Source: Vicinamibacterales bacterium (GTDB lineage: Bacteria; Acidobacteriota; Vicinamibacteria; Vicinamibacterales; Fen-181). Taken from it: a stretch of DNA of 64,000 bases. The first letter of the stretch is position 1; each line of letters starts with the position of its first letter. Shown piece by piece: positions 1 to 9,690 of the stretch. Made by a program: the position numbers and the translations under genes. Location: assembly GCA_036504215.1 (NCBI GenBank), contig DASXVO010000076.1, forward strand, positions 35,079 through 99,078, in the 5' to 3' direction. Below the pieces are notes generated by a model. It ran no database searches. It saw only the letters and a program-made list of their open reading frames with translations, and had not been told where the DNA came from.

Positions 1-2877
1 GCGCTCGATCTTGCTGGCGCGACGACCGCCGGTCTACCAGTGTTCGTCCGGTTGCTCGTCCGAGCGGACCGGCTGGGAGTAGATCCGGCGATGCTTCAAC
101 GCCTGGATGCACGGCTCGAGGTCTACGCTCGTCGCAGGATCCCGGTCGTGCTGACGCTCGTCGACCCGCCTCTCGACGCGGCGGCCATCGAGGCATGGCG
201 CCCGCGCTTGCGCGCGCTGGCCGAGCGGTGTCGCGGCAGGGTCGTGGGCTGGCAACTGGGGGACCGACTGGATGCGGCAGATGCCACACGCCCTCAGCCG
301 TATGCCTACCTCGTGAAATTCGCGGCGGTGCAGATTCGATCGATCGACAGCGCGGCCCTGATCCTCCAGGGAAGCGTCGTGGACGAGGGCACCGGCGGAC
401 AGGCCGCTGCGGCGTGGCAGGCGCACCTCTACAGTGAGGACGTCGCTGCGTACCTCGATGCGTTGCCGGTGGGATACCCGTCAGGCGGTCGCGATGCCGC
501 GTCCCGCACAGCCGACGACACGTCCGCGGCGGTCCTCTCCGCCCTCGAGACGGTTTCAGCCAAGGACGATCCCAGCGCAGTCCTTGGAATCACGGGGATG
601 ACGCTCGGCCCCGACGCGGCCGCAGGCGCCCGGCTTCTCCTGCGATCGCACCTCTCGCGCCTGGGGACCCGCGCCACGTTCACGACCTGCACGGCACCGG
701 TTGAGGTCGTGGCCGCGGCGCTGAAGACGGCAGCCGCGGTGAAAGACGTGCTCGCGGACGACGTTGTCACGCTCGACGACCGTGCATCCTCGCTGCGGCT
801 CAGCGCGGGTGGGCAGGACGTGACCGAGACCGCGCCGCATCGACTCCTCTACAACATGACCACGTTCGCGACCTATCTGCTGTGCTGGACGTCGGGCCAG
901 CCGACCGGGCCGCTCGAGGTCAGCCTGCACCTGCCGACCGCCGCGCCGATCGCGATTCGCGATGCTGCCGCCGGGACCGTGACGAAGGTGACGGACGCGC
1001 GCCGTGACGAGGCCGCGAAGACGACGACCACGCGCATCACGCCCACCGACCGGCCGTTGCTCCTCGATTTCAACTACGGCGCGGAGGACGCCTACGCGCT
1101 GCGGACCGACGCGCACGAGCGGGCGCTCCCGACGGTGGACGAAATCATCTTCCGGCACCAGCAGGCCCAGGCGGCCCAGTCCGCGCTCGTCACCAACTAC
1201 ACCGCGCATGCCCGCATCGACATGCACTTCCGGCCGTCGGCCACCGACTCCGGGTACGACGTGGTGACCGAGAACAGGTTCTTCGTCGACGCGACGAGCT
1301 TCGAGTGGGCCGAGCAGAGCTTCTCGCTGAACGGGACCCGCTGGGGCCGCAACCGCCCGCCGTTCCCGCTCCTGCAGCCCGAGAAGGTTCTGGCGGTGCC
1401 GTTGACGCTCCGGTTGAACCGCGACTACGTCTACCACCTGGAAGGTACGGAGGCGGTGAACGGGCGTCGATGCTACGTTGTGAAGTTCGACCCGATCGAC
1501 GACGCGCAGTCGCGTTACCGGGGGAAGGTGTGGATCGACACCGAGTCGTTCGTGCGCCTGAAGGTGCAGGCCGTGCAGACGCGGCTCGGCGCTCCGGTCG
1601 TGTCGAACGAGGAAGTGCAGTACTACGAGCCGGTCGCCCAGGCTGGCGGGCAGACGCTCTACCTGTTCAACCGCCTGGTGGCCCGCCAGATCTTCCTGAT
1701 TGCGGGGCGCAACCTATTGGTCGAGAAACAGGTAGCCTTCTCCGACTTCCGCGTGAACGATCCTGCCTTCGTCGATGAGCGTCTCCGCGCGCGGGCCGGC
1801 GACGAGGTGATGTACCGCGACACCGACCGCGGCATACGCTTCCTGGTCAAGCGCGGCACGGATCGCGTCGTGTCCGACGAGATGACCACTGGCGCCAGGG
1901 CGTTCGCGGCGGGCGCCGTCTTCGATCCGACGTTCGACTTCCCGCTCCCGATCGTCGGCATCAACTATCTCAACTTCAACCTGCTCGATCGCGACATCCA
2001 GTTCGCGCTCGTGTTTGGCGGCGTGCTCGCCATCGGCAACGTCCAAAAGGCGAAGATAGGAGGGACGAAGTTCGACGTGAGCCTCGACTTCTTCGGCCTC
2101 GCCGTCTCCGGCAACGACCAGGTGTTCGATGGTCAGGGCGAGCGGAAGGACGAGCGCGTGCGCAGCCGGCCTGCGTCGGTCGGCGTGAACCTCGGATATC
2201 AGGCGACCGATTTCCAGAAACTCACGCTGAGCAGCCACGCGCAGTACGACAAGTATCTCGACGCGCCAGGGAAGACGTCTGCCGACTTCGTTCTGCCTGT
2301 GACGACGGTGACGCTCAATCTCGGGGCCAACTACGAGTACCGGCGCAACGGGTATTCGCTGCTGGCCGGCTGGTCGTACTCACGCCGCGGAGACTGGCAG
2401 CGGTGGGGATACGGTGACGAGTACGATCCGGCGGCGCGCACCTACACCAAGTACTCGCTCGGACTCAGCAAGGACTTCTTCGTCAACGCGTTCAGCAAGC
2501 TGCACCTGAACGGCGCGTACTACGGCGGGCAGCGGCAGGATCGGTTCTCGATGTACCGCTTCGGCATCTACGACGAGACGAAGATGCGGGGCGTGCCGTC
2601 GGCTGGCGTCCGGTTCGCCGACCTGGCCATGGCCCGAGCCCAGTTCTCATTCAACCTGTTCAACCAGTATCGCCTCGATCTGTTCCTCGACCAGGCGTGG
2701 GGCCGGACCACGTCGCGCCACGCGTGGGATCCGGTGACAGGGATCGGAACGGAGCTGAGCCTGCGGGCGCCGATGGGGACGCTGCTGAAGCTGGGGGTAG
2801 GGAAAGGGTTCCTCCCGCAGATCTACCGTGGGTCGGGGTCAATGGTCGCGGAGGTCACGGTGCTGAAGCCGCTATGA
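1..2877 (+). CDS. Large outer-membrane protein, 5'-partial (LolA-like middle domain plus C-terminal Omp85/surface-antigen-like beta-barrel)
   Basis: Frame 1 is open from base 1; the first in-window start is GTG at 40. No signal peptide is visible, so the true start is probably upstream of the window. The middle region (RRCYVVKFDPIDDAQSRYRGKVWIDTESFVRLKVQ) resembles the outer-membrane lipoprotein-sorting (LolA-like) fold. The last ~350 aa show aromatic/Gly-rich alternating strand patterns (YEYRRNGYSLLAGWSYSRRGDW, LNGAYYGGQRQDRFSMYRFG) typical of a beta-barrel. Confidence 0.6.
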   Translation, partial: ALDLAGATTAGLPVFVRLLVRADRLGVDPAMLQRLDARLEVYARRRIPVVLTLVDPPLDAAAIEAWRPRLRALAERCRGRVVGWQLGDRLDAADATRPQPYAYLVKFAAVQIRSIDSAALILQGSVVDEGTGGQAAAAWQAHLYSEDVAAYLDALPVGYPSGGRDAASRTADDTSAAVLSALETVSAKDDPSAVLGITGMTLGPDAAAGARLLLRSHLSRLGTRATFTTCTAPVEVVAAALKTAAAVKDVLADDVVTLDDRASSLRLSAGGQDVTETAPHRLLYNMTTFATYLLCWTSGQPTGPLEVSLHLPTAAPIAIRDAAAGTVTKVTDARRDEAAKTTTTRITPTDRPLLLDFNYGAEDAYALRTDAHERALPTVDEIIFRHQQAQAAQSALVTNYTAHARIDMHFRPSATDSGYDVVTENRFFVDATSFEWAEQSFSLNGTRWGRNRPPFPLLQPEKVLAVPLTLRLNRDYVYHLEGTEAVNGRRCYVVKFDPIDDAQSRYRGKVWIDTESFVRLKVQAVQTRLGAPVVSNEEVQYYEPVAQAGGQTLYLFNRLVARQIFLIAGRNLLVEKQVAFSDFRVNDPAFVDERLRARAGDEVMYRDTDRGIRFLVKRGTDRVVSDEMTTGARAFAAGAVFDPTFDFPLPIVGINYLNFNLLDRDIQFALVFGGVLAIGNVQKAKIGGTKFDVSLDFFGLAVSGNDQVFDGQGERKDERVRSRPASVGVNLGYQATDFQKLTLSSHAQYDKYLDAPGKTSADFVLPVTTVTLNLGANYEYRRNGYSLLAGWSYSRRGDWQRWGYGDEYDPAARTYTKYSLGLSKDFFVNAFSKLHLNGAYYGGQRQDRFSMYRFGIYDETKMRGVPSAGVRFADLAMARAQFSFNLFNQYRLDLFLDQAWGRTTSRHAWDPVTGIGTELSLRAPMGTLLKLGVGKGFLPQIYRGSGSMVAEVTVLKPL

Positions 2878-3842
2878 CCGACGAGCCGCGCCTCCTGACC
2901 GTCTCGCGCCCACTCAAGGCCGATCTGCACGTGCACTCGTTCCACTCCGGGTTCACGTCCACGCTACGCATGTTCCGCAGCCTCGACTGCTACTCGACGC
3001 CGGAGGAGGTCTATCGGCGCGCGAAGGCTCGTGGCATGGACGTGGTGACGATCACGGACCACGACAGCATCAACGGCTGTCTCGAGCTGCTCGACCGCCA
3101 TCCCGACGCGCCGGACATTCTCGTGGGCGAGGAGATCGAGTGTCGCCTGCCCGACACGGGGATCCGCGTCCACCTTGGCGCTTTCGGTCTCTCGGAGCGC
3201 ATCCATCGCGACGTGCAGCCCCTTTGCGGCGACGTCCGGGAGGCGGCGGCATTCCTGCGCGCGCACAGCGTCGGCCTCGTGCTCCACCATCCGTTCCACT
3301 TCTTCCGCGGCGAGATGCCGGTCGGCCGGTACCTCGAGGACCTGCTCCCGCTCGTCCACGCGGTCGAAGCGCGAAACGGTACGATGTTGCCGGGGCACAA
3401 CGAGACGGTCGCCCGCCTCGTTGCCGCCCGCGCGCAACTCGGGCTGGGCCAGACTGGCGGCAGCGACGCGCACGTGCTGTCGCACGTCGGTGACAGCTAC
3501 ACGAACGCCAGTGGAATGAAGCCCGAGCCCATGGCCGGCATGGCGCTGACCCCGGCCGCGGCGTTCCTCGACAGCTTGAAGCGCGGAGAGACCAGGGCGG
3601 CCGGGCGGCATGGCACGCCTGGCCGGTTCGCCTTCGAGATCTACGGTGTAGTATTCAACTACTGGGGCGGCTTGCTCGGCCTCCGCCGGAGCGGCCTGTC
3701 CGCCGGGGAGAGGCTCAGCGGTCTCGGGTGTTCACTGGTGTCCCTGCCTTTCCAGTTCACTCCGCTCCTCGTCAGCATCGCGCAAAAAATTGGTGAGCGC
3801 CGACGCGTGGCGAGGTGGAACCGGGAGCTGGAGACGACATGA
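2874..3842 (+). CDS. PHP-domain metal-dependent phosphoesterase
   Basis: ATG at 2874 overlaps the upstream stop (ATGA). 'LKADLHVHSFHS' and 'DVVTITDHDSINGC' match PHP-domain metal-binding motifs. The longer listed ORF (from 2697) overlaps the upstream gene and is unlikely. Confidence 0.75.
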   Translation: MTDEPRLLTVSRPLKADLHVHSFHSGFTSTLRMFRSLDCYSTPEEVYRRAKARGMDVVTITDHDSINGCLELLDRHPDAPDILVGEEIECRLPDTGIRVHLGAFGLSERIHRDVQPLCGDVREAAAFLRAHSVGLVLHHPFHFFRGEMPVGRYLEDLLPLVHAVEARNGTMLPGHNETVARLVAARAQLGLGQTGGSDAHVLSHVGDSYTNASGMKPEPMAGMALTPAAAFLDSLKRGETRAAGRHGTPGRFAFEIYGVVFNYWGGLLGLRRSGLSAGERLSGLGCSLVSLPFQFTPLLVSIAQKIGERRRVARWNRELETT

Positions 3843-5059
3843 CGAAACGACGCGTCGCCATCACCGGTATCGGGCTGCTCTGCGCCCTGGGACTCGATCG
3901 TGAATCGGCGTGGGAACGCCTCTGCGATGGCCGCTGTGGCATCAGCGATCTGACGCTCTTCGACGGCGCCGGCTACCGAAGCCGGAAGGTGGCCGAGGTC
4001 CCCGCCTGGGACGCTCCCGCGCATTTCTCGCCCAACGAGCGCCGCCGCTACTCGCGCTCGGACCAACTGGCCGTCCTGGCTGCGCAGGAGGCCCTGGCCG
4101 ATTCCGGCCTGCTCGAACGCGGAACGGATCGCGCCGCGATCGGCGTCGTCTTCGGGGCTGGAACGAACGACCTTCTCCGGCACGAAACCTACTACAAAGA
4201 CGTGCGGGCGCTCGGACACCGCCGGGCGCGTCCGTCGAACGTCTTCAACTATTTCAACGATGCGCAGGTTGACACCGTGGCCCGCCGGTTTGGTCTCGGC
4301 GGTCTCCGGGCGTGCCCGTTGTCTGCCTGCTCGTCGAGCGCCGTGGCGGTCGGCTACGCCGCGGACCTGGTGGCAGCCGGCCACCTCGACGCGGCGCTCT
4401 GCGGCGGCAGCGATGCACTGTGCCGGCTGACGCTCGGCGGCTTCAACGCGCTTCGGCTCGTGGACGTCGAACCGTGCCGCCCATTCGACACGAGCCGCAA
4501 CGGCATGAACATCGGCGAGGCCGGCGCGGTCCTGGTGCTCGAGGAATTCGAACGCGCCCGGGCTCGTGGCACCCACGTCTATGCCGAACTCGCCGGGTAT
4601 GCCGCCTGCTGCGAGGCTCATCACCCGACGGCGCCCGAGCCCGAGGGACTGGCCGTCGCGGCGCTGCTTCGGGCGGCGCTCGCGGCTGCGGGCGTGGCGG
4701 CAGCCGACATCGACCACGTCAACACGCACGGCACGGCGACGCCCCAGAACGACAGGGCGGAATCGCGCGGACTGCGGGCGGTCTTTGGGGAGCGAACCGG
4801 GGCGATTCCGGTCACCTCGACGAAGTCGATGGTCGGACATTGCCTGGGCGCCGCCGGGGCTGTGGAGGCCGCCATCCTCGCCATGACCATCGATCGGGGT
4901 CTCATTCCGCCAACCGTCAACCACCGGCAGACGGACCCCGAGTGCCCGGTGAGCGTCGTCGCCAACCAGGCTCGGGCCGTGGAGGTGACCTGCGGCATCT
5001 CGACATCGCTGGCCTTCGGGGGCAACGACGTCGCCCTCGTTGTGAAGCGTGCGAGCTAG
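3839..5059 (+). CDS. Beta-ketoacyl-ACP synthase (FabF/KAS II-like)
   Basis: ATG at 3839 overlaps the PHP gene stop (ATGA). N-terminus 'RVAITGIGLLCALG'. The Cys-His-His triad context is intact: 'ACSSSAVAVGYA', 'NTHGTATPQND', 'STKSMVGHCLGAAGAVEA'. Confidence 0.85.
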   Translation: MTKRRVAITGIGLLCALGLDRESAWERLCDGRCGISDLTLFDGAGYRSRKVAEVPAWDAPAHFSPNERRRYSRSDQLAVLAAQEALADSGLLERGTDRAAIGVVFGAGTNDLLRHETYYKDVRALGHRRARPSNVFNYFNDAQVDTVARRFGLGGLRACPLSACSSSAVAVGYAADLVAAGHLDAALCGGSDALCRLTLGGFNALRLVDVEPCRPFDTSRNGMNIGEAGAVLVLEEFERARARGTHVYAELAGYAACCEAHHPTAPEPEGLAVAALLRAALAAAGVAAADIDHVNTHGTATPQNDRAESRGLRAVFGERTGAIPVTSTKSMVGHCLGAAGAVEAAILAMTIDRGLIPPTVNHRQTDPECPVSVVANQARAVEVTCGISTSLAFGGNDVALVVKRAS

Positions 5060-5122
5060 AGAACAAACCGAACCGCCGCGCCTTCTGGAACGTCTTACAG
5101 AGCAGCCTGCGGTGCTACACTG

Positions 5123-5335
5123 ATGACCATGATCGGCTTCGGCCGGATGAGCCTCAGCCTGTTCGGGATGATTGCCGTCGTATCGGCCGTCCTGGCCTCG
5201 GCGACGATCTGGCTCGTCCTGACCGATCCGGTCACGGTGGCCAACTCGGTCAACCAGGGCGATGTCTCGCCGCTCGTCCGCGAGCTGGCCTCGGTGGTCT
5301 ACGAGGCGCTCAAGGGACTGCTCAAATACCTCTGA
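5123..5335 (+). CDS. Small hypothetical membrane protein (70 aa)
   Basis: ORF with one clear hydrophobic helix (LSLFGMIAVVSAVLASATIWLVL), lying in an otherwise empty gap. No recognisable family. Confidence 0.35.
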   Translation: MTMIGFGRMSLSLFGMIAVVSAVLASATIWLVLTDPVTVANSVNQGDVSPLVRELASVVYEALKGLLKYL

Positions 5336-5342
5336 ATCCGCC

Positions 5343-6398
5343 CTACAGGTTCCTCACGAGGAATTTCGTGAGCACGTAGCCGTCCAGGTACTTGAACGGT
5401 GCCAGGCCGGTCGTGTAGTGGCCGCACGGCAGGACCGCCAGCTCGTAGGGTATCCGCAGCCGATCGAACTCGCGGATGAGTTCGATCGAGAGGTGGACGG
5501 GGAACGTCGTGTCGTACTTCGCGTAGACGAGCAACGTTCTCTTGTCGCCCACGCGGTCGACGTACGCGTGCGGGCTGATCGGCATCCACAGCTCGCGCAG
5601 CCGATCGAGAGTGATCCGCCCCTCGAGACCGGCGCGGACGTGTTCGGTCGACAGGCCTTCCCACACGACGTCCGCGAAGTACCGTGATACGTGGTTGAGC
5701 GCTTCCGCACGGATGAGCGGCTCGTGCGCCGACGTCAGCATCGCGAGGCACGACCCGAGGCTGGTGCCCAGAATGCCGATCCGCTCGTAGCCTTCCCGCG
5801 CGAGCCATGCGACGGTCCGCCTCGCGTCGACCACCGCCTGCCGGCAGACCTGCACGGTCCGCGCGACGTTCGCGCTGACGATGAAGTCGGCGCGGTGGAG
5901 GCTGGGCGGCATCCGGCGATCGTGGTACGGAAGGCTGAGTCGGACCGCGTTGATGCCGAACCGCGCCAGCAGCCTGCACAGGCCCACATGGCCACCCGCA
6001 TCGGCGTTCCATTGCGGGAGCACGACGACGGCCCGCCGCCGATCCGCGCGACCGCCCTTCAGCCTCGGCGCCGGGAACAGCCGGCCGTAGACGATGTTGT
6101 TCTCGGCATGCGGCGTGGTGATGACGCTGGGAAACATGACCGTGCCCGGGCAGCCGTCGGCCTGGGTCGGATCCGGCTCCCAGTGGTATTCCTCTGTGGG
6201 CGGCGCCGCGAAGAAGGCCTGCGAGTCGGCCAGCGCGGCCGCGGCCCATTCGGCAAGGACCACGTCTTCCGGCGTGCCCGGCGCATGGCCGTTCGCGGAC
6301 ACCCAGTCGAGGCCCCATTCGAAGGGGCGGACAACGCGGTCTGGCGTGCGGGAATGAAGCCGGCGTTCCCAAGCGTAGAAGAAGCGGGCGAACATCAA
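5343..6398 (-). CDS. Alpha/beta-fold hydrolase
   Basis: 351-aa ORF with a nucleophile elbow 'GILGTSLGSCLAM' (GxSxG) and protein-like composition. Competing ORFs in other frames are Arg/Pro-rich shadows. Confidence 0.7.
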   Translation of the reverse strand: MMFARFFYAWERRLHSRTPDRVVRPFEWGLDWVSANGHAPGTPEDVVLAEWAAAALADSQAFFAAPPTEEYHWEPDPTQADGCPGTVMFPSVITTPHAENNIVYGRLFPAPRLKGGRADRRRAVVVLPQWNADAGGHVGLCRLLARFGINAVRLSLPYHDRRMPPSLHRADFIVSANVARTVQVCRQAVVDARRTVAWLAREGYERIGILGTSLGSCLAMLTSAHEPLIRAEALNHVSRYFADVVWEGLSTEHVRAGLEGRITLDRLRELWMPISPHAYVDRVGDKRTLLVYAKYDTTFPVHLSIELIREFDRLRIPYELAVLPCGHYTTGLAPFKYLDGYVLTKFLVRNL

Positions 6399-6437
6399 CT
6401 GGATATCTTACCGCACGGGCGGGTCCGAGACCCGCCC

Positions 6438-7799
6438 CTACTCCCGCTGCGCCATGACCGCCTCGCACGAGGCCGCGATCTTCAACAGCTCCGTGGTCTG
6501 GTGGCGGCGGCCCACGAGTTGGAGGCCGATCGGCAGGTTCAGGTGGGACCGCCCGCAGGGCAGCGAGATGGCCGGGTGCCCGGTGATGTCGAACAGCTGC
6601 GTCAGCCGGAGCATCAGCGCCCGCACGGGCTGCACCTGTCCGCCAATCGTGAGCGTGGTGCTGCCGATCGGAGCCGCAGCGAGCGGGACGGTCGGGAGCA
6701 CGAGCGCGTCGCAGCCGTCGAGCGCGGCGTCGACCTCGTGACAGAGGACGACCGCACCGGTTCTGGCGCGGACGTAGTCCTCGGCCATCACGTAGCGGCC
6801 CAACTCGAGGCGCTGGCGGACCGGCGGGGTGTACGCGCGTGGCCGCCGTTCGAGCGCCGGCGCGTGATACGCCGATGCCTCTGGCAGCTGGATGTGCAGG
6901 TAGACCGTGGCGGTGTCGGCGGCGTGTGGGATCTGGCGGGGGCTCATCGCCACGCCGGCTCTCACGAGGCGCGCCGTCTCGAGCTCGAACTGCTCGCGCA
7001 CCTCGTCGCTCACGATGTCCATGAAGTAGGGGTCGAGCCGGCCAAGGCGCAGTGTCCGTGACGGTCGCCGGCTGGCTGGCTGAAGCGGAACTGGATTCTG
7101 CGTGCCGGCCATGGCGTGGTAGAGGAGCCAGGCATCGCCGACGGATCGGGCGATCGGTCCGACGTGATCGAGCGAGCGACTGAGCGGGATGATCCCGTCG
7201 CAGGGCAGTTCGCCGAACGTCGGCTTGAGACCGACGCAGCCGCAGACCGCCGACGGGATCCGAATCGAACCGCCTGTGTCGGTACCGACGGAGGCGTATC
7301 CCATTCCGGCGACGACCGCTGCCGCCGACCCGCCACTCGATCCGCCGGCCGACCGGGTGGGATCGAACGGGTTGCGGACCGGGCCGTACGCCGAGTCCTC
7401 ACTGGTCGTGCCGAACGCGAACTCGTGCAGGTTGCACTTGCCGAGGAACACCGCGCCGGCCGCCCTGAGCCTGGCCGCGACCAGCGCATCCGCCGTGGCC
7501 ACGTGACGCTCGAGAAGCCTCGACCCCGCCGTCGTCGGCACGCCGGACAGATCGATCAGGTCCTTGAGGGACAGGGGCACGCCGTGAAGCGGGCCGCGCC
7601 AGACACCGGCCGCGAGTTCCTCGTCGGCGCGGGCGGCCTGTTCCCGAGCCTGGTCCGCGAGGACCGTGACGAAGGCGTTGAGTCGGCCGTTGTCCCGCGC
7701 CACGCGTTCCAGGCACGCGTCGGTCGCACCCACGCACGACACCTCGCGGGTGGCGATCTTCGAGGCCAACTCGCCGATCGTCAGATCGCAGATGCTCAT
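6438..7799 (-). CDS. Amidase-signature family amidohydrolase (GatA/AtzE-like)
   Basis: Amidase signature 'GGSSGGSAAAVVAG...GTDTGGSIRIPSAVCG' with the Ser-cisSer-Lys context ('LKDLIDL...'). Confidence 0.85.
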   Translation of the reverse strand: MSICDLTIGELASKIATREVSCVGATDACLERVARDNGRLNAFVTVLADQAREQAARADEELAAGVWRGPLHGVPLSLKDLIDLSGVPTTAGSRLLERHVATADALVAARLRAAGAVFLGKCNLHEFAFGTTSEDSAYGPVRNPFDPTRSAGGSSGGSAAAVVAGMGYASVGTDTGGSIRIPSAVCGCVGLKPTFGELPCDGIIPLSRSLDHVGPIARSVGDAWLLYHAMAGTQNPVPLQPASRRPSRTLRLGRLDPYFMDIVSDEVREQFELETARLVRAGVAMSPRQIPHAADTATVYLHIQLPEASAYHAPALERRPRAYTPPVRQRLELGRYVMAEDYVRARTGAVVLCHEVDAALDGCDALVLPTVPLAAAPIGSTTLTIGGQVQPVRALMLRLTQLFDITGHPAISLPCGRSHLNLPIGLQLVGRRHQTTELLKIAASCEAVMAQRE

Positions 7800-7996
7800 A
7801 CCTGTCTCGCCCGAAGGGCCGAGCCGATGTCAGCCGGCACGTGGTCGTTCCAATCCGCAGAGCGCAGCGCGATCGTCGACCGCGCGAGTCCCTCGAGCAG
7901 GGGCCGCAGTTCGGGCAAGCCGCGCCGCTCGGCGTCCTCGACGGCCGAGCGCAGCCAGGCATCCACCGCCGATCGAATCGATTCCTCTCGGGTCAT
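7796..7996 (-). CDS. Small protein (66 aa) translationally coupled to the amidase; possible GatC/AtzG-like partner
   Basis: ATG at 7996 (minus strand). Its stop overlaps the amidase start (ATGA at 7796-7799). The rest of the listed 213-aa ORF runs antisense into the pyk promoter and gene and is rejected. Function is inferred from size and coupling only. Confidence 0.45.
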   Translation of the reverse strand: MTREESIRSAVDAWLRSAVEDAERRGLPELRPLLEGLARSTIALRSADWNDHVPADIGSALRARQV

Positions 7997-8174
7997 ACGA
8001 TCTGCCTGCTGCTGACCTCCACTGGGCACGGCCTGGGTCGCCGAAGCCGTTCGGCGAAGGCGCAGGGCCCGCTGCCACGATGGAGGTCCGCCGTGGCGGT
8101 CGGTACCGAGGCCGCCATGCGTCGGTCGAAGCATGGCTTCAGCCACGCCATGTGTAACGTAAGATAATACCTTC

Positions 8175-9638
8175 ATGCGCCATACGAAGATCATCGCGAC
8201 GCTCGGTCCGGCATCAGACAGCGACGCGGCCCTCGACGAACTGGTGGCGGCTGGTGTCGATGTCGTGCGGTTGAACTTCTCGCACGGAACCCATGAATCC
8301 CACGCAGCGGTGTTCAATCGGGTGCGCGCAGCCGCCAGCCGCGCGGTTCTGCGGGGTTCACCACGCGAGGGGGTCGGCGCACGGCACCGGCCGGCCATCG
8401 GCATCCTCCAGGACCTCAGCGGGCCGAAGATCCGCACCGGCCTGCTCGCCGATCACCGTCCGATTGCCCTCCGGCCCGGGGACGGACTGGCTATCCGAAC
8501 CGGAGACGGGGCAGGCGGAGTGGGGCGGGTCTTCACCACCTACGCGGGCCTCGCCAGGAACGTCCACCCGGGCGACCGCCTGCTGCTCGACGACGGCCGC
8601 ATCGAATTGCACGTCGAGCGGAGCGACGGCACCGAGATCTCGACGACCGTTGTGTTCGGCGGGGAATTGGCGGAGCACAAGGGAATCAACGCGCCGGGCG
8701 TGGAGTTGCCGGCCTCGGCGATGACGCCGAAAGACGAGGACGATCTGCGGTTCGGCCTCTCGCTCGGCGTGGACATGGTGGCGCTCAGTTTCGTGCAATC
8801 GGCCGACGACATGCGTCGGGCGCGGTCGATCGTCACCGCGTGCGGCGCCGACGTCCCCCTCATCGCGAAGATCGAGCGGCCGCGGGCCGTCGAGAACCTC
8901 GACGCGGTTCTCGACGCGTCGGACGGGATCATGGTGGCCCGAGGCGACTTGGGGTTGGAGTTGCCGCTGGAGCAGGTGCCGCGCGTGCAGAAGCAGGTCA
9001 CCGAACGCGCACGGGCGCTCGGCCTGCCGGTGATCGTCGCCACGCAGGTCCTCGACTCGATGCGGACCGAACCGCGGCCCACGCGCGCCGAGGTCAGCGA
9101 CGCGGCGCACGCGGTGGACGACGGCGTCGATGCCATCATGCTGGCCGGGGAAACCGCGGTCGGCGTGTCGCCGGCGCGCGTGGTCCGGACGCTCGACGCG
9201 ATCATCCTGGACGCCGAGTCGGCGCTGCCTGGCGGCGGGACCGGGCCGGGGCGACGTTCGGCGAACGGCGGGTGCTCCACGGTTCAGGCGATTTGCGAGG
9301 CGGCCGTGACGATGGCCGGCCTGGGGCACGCGCAGGCGATCCTCGCGGTGACGCGGACCGGGCGGACGGCGCGGATCCTGTCCACTCTGCGCGGCGGCAC
9401 GCCAGTCTACGCACTGACCGGGCGTCCCGAAGTGGCGGCGCGGTTGTCCCTCTTCTGGGGCGTCGTGCCGATCGTCAGCGAGATCGGCGACGGGTTCGTG
9501 CCCTTCGTCCCGCTCGTGCGGCAGCTCCGAGAGTCGGGTGTACTGGCAGGAGTGACGGAGGCCGTCCTGGTCAGCGTCGATCCCGACCTGGCCCGGGAGG
9601 ACACGAACTTCCTGAAGCTCATCAGGCTCCAGGATTAG
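8175..9638 (+). CDS. pyk: Pyruvate kinase
   Basis: 'MRHTKIIATLGPAS', 'DLSGPKIRTG', 'MVARGDLGLE' and 'ATQVLDSM' are classical pyruvate kinase motifs. Confidence 0.9.
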   Translation: MRHTKIIATLGPASDSDAALDELVAAGVDVVRLNFSHGTHESHAAVFNRVRAAASRAVLRGSPREGVGARHRPAIGILQDLSGPKIRTGLLADHRPIALRPGDGLAIRTGDGAGGVGRVFTTYAGLARNVHPGDRLLLDDGRIELHVERSDGTEISTTVVFGGELAEHKGINAPGVELPASAMTPKDEDDLRFGLSLGVDMVALSFVQSADDMRRARSIVTACGADVPLIAKIERPRAVENLDAVLDASDGIMVARGDLGLELPLEQVPRVQKQVTERARALGLPVIVATQVLDSMRTEPRPTRAEVSDAAHAVDDGVDAIMLAGETAVGVSPARVVRTLDAIILDAESALPGGGTGPGRRSANGGCSTVQAICEAAVTMAGLGHAQAILAVTRTGRTARILSTLRGGTPVYALTGRPEVAARLSLFWGVVPIVSEIGDGFVPFVPLVRQLRESGVLAGVTEAVLVSVDPDLAREDTNFLKLIRLQD

Positions 9639-9690
9639 CCGCGATAGTTCCTCGACCGATCCCGGTTCCCATCGCGGATGAGGGTATGCC

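Noticed and set aside
7997-8437. Upstream 147 codons of the 213-aa ORF preceding the amidase
   Set aside because: This part runs antisense through the pyk promoter and 5' coding region and has Arg/Ala/Pro-rich shadow composition. Only the last 66 codons, from ATG 7996, look like a gene.
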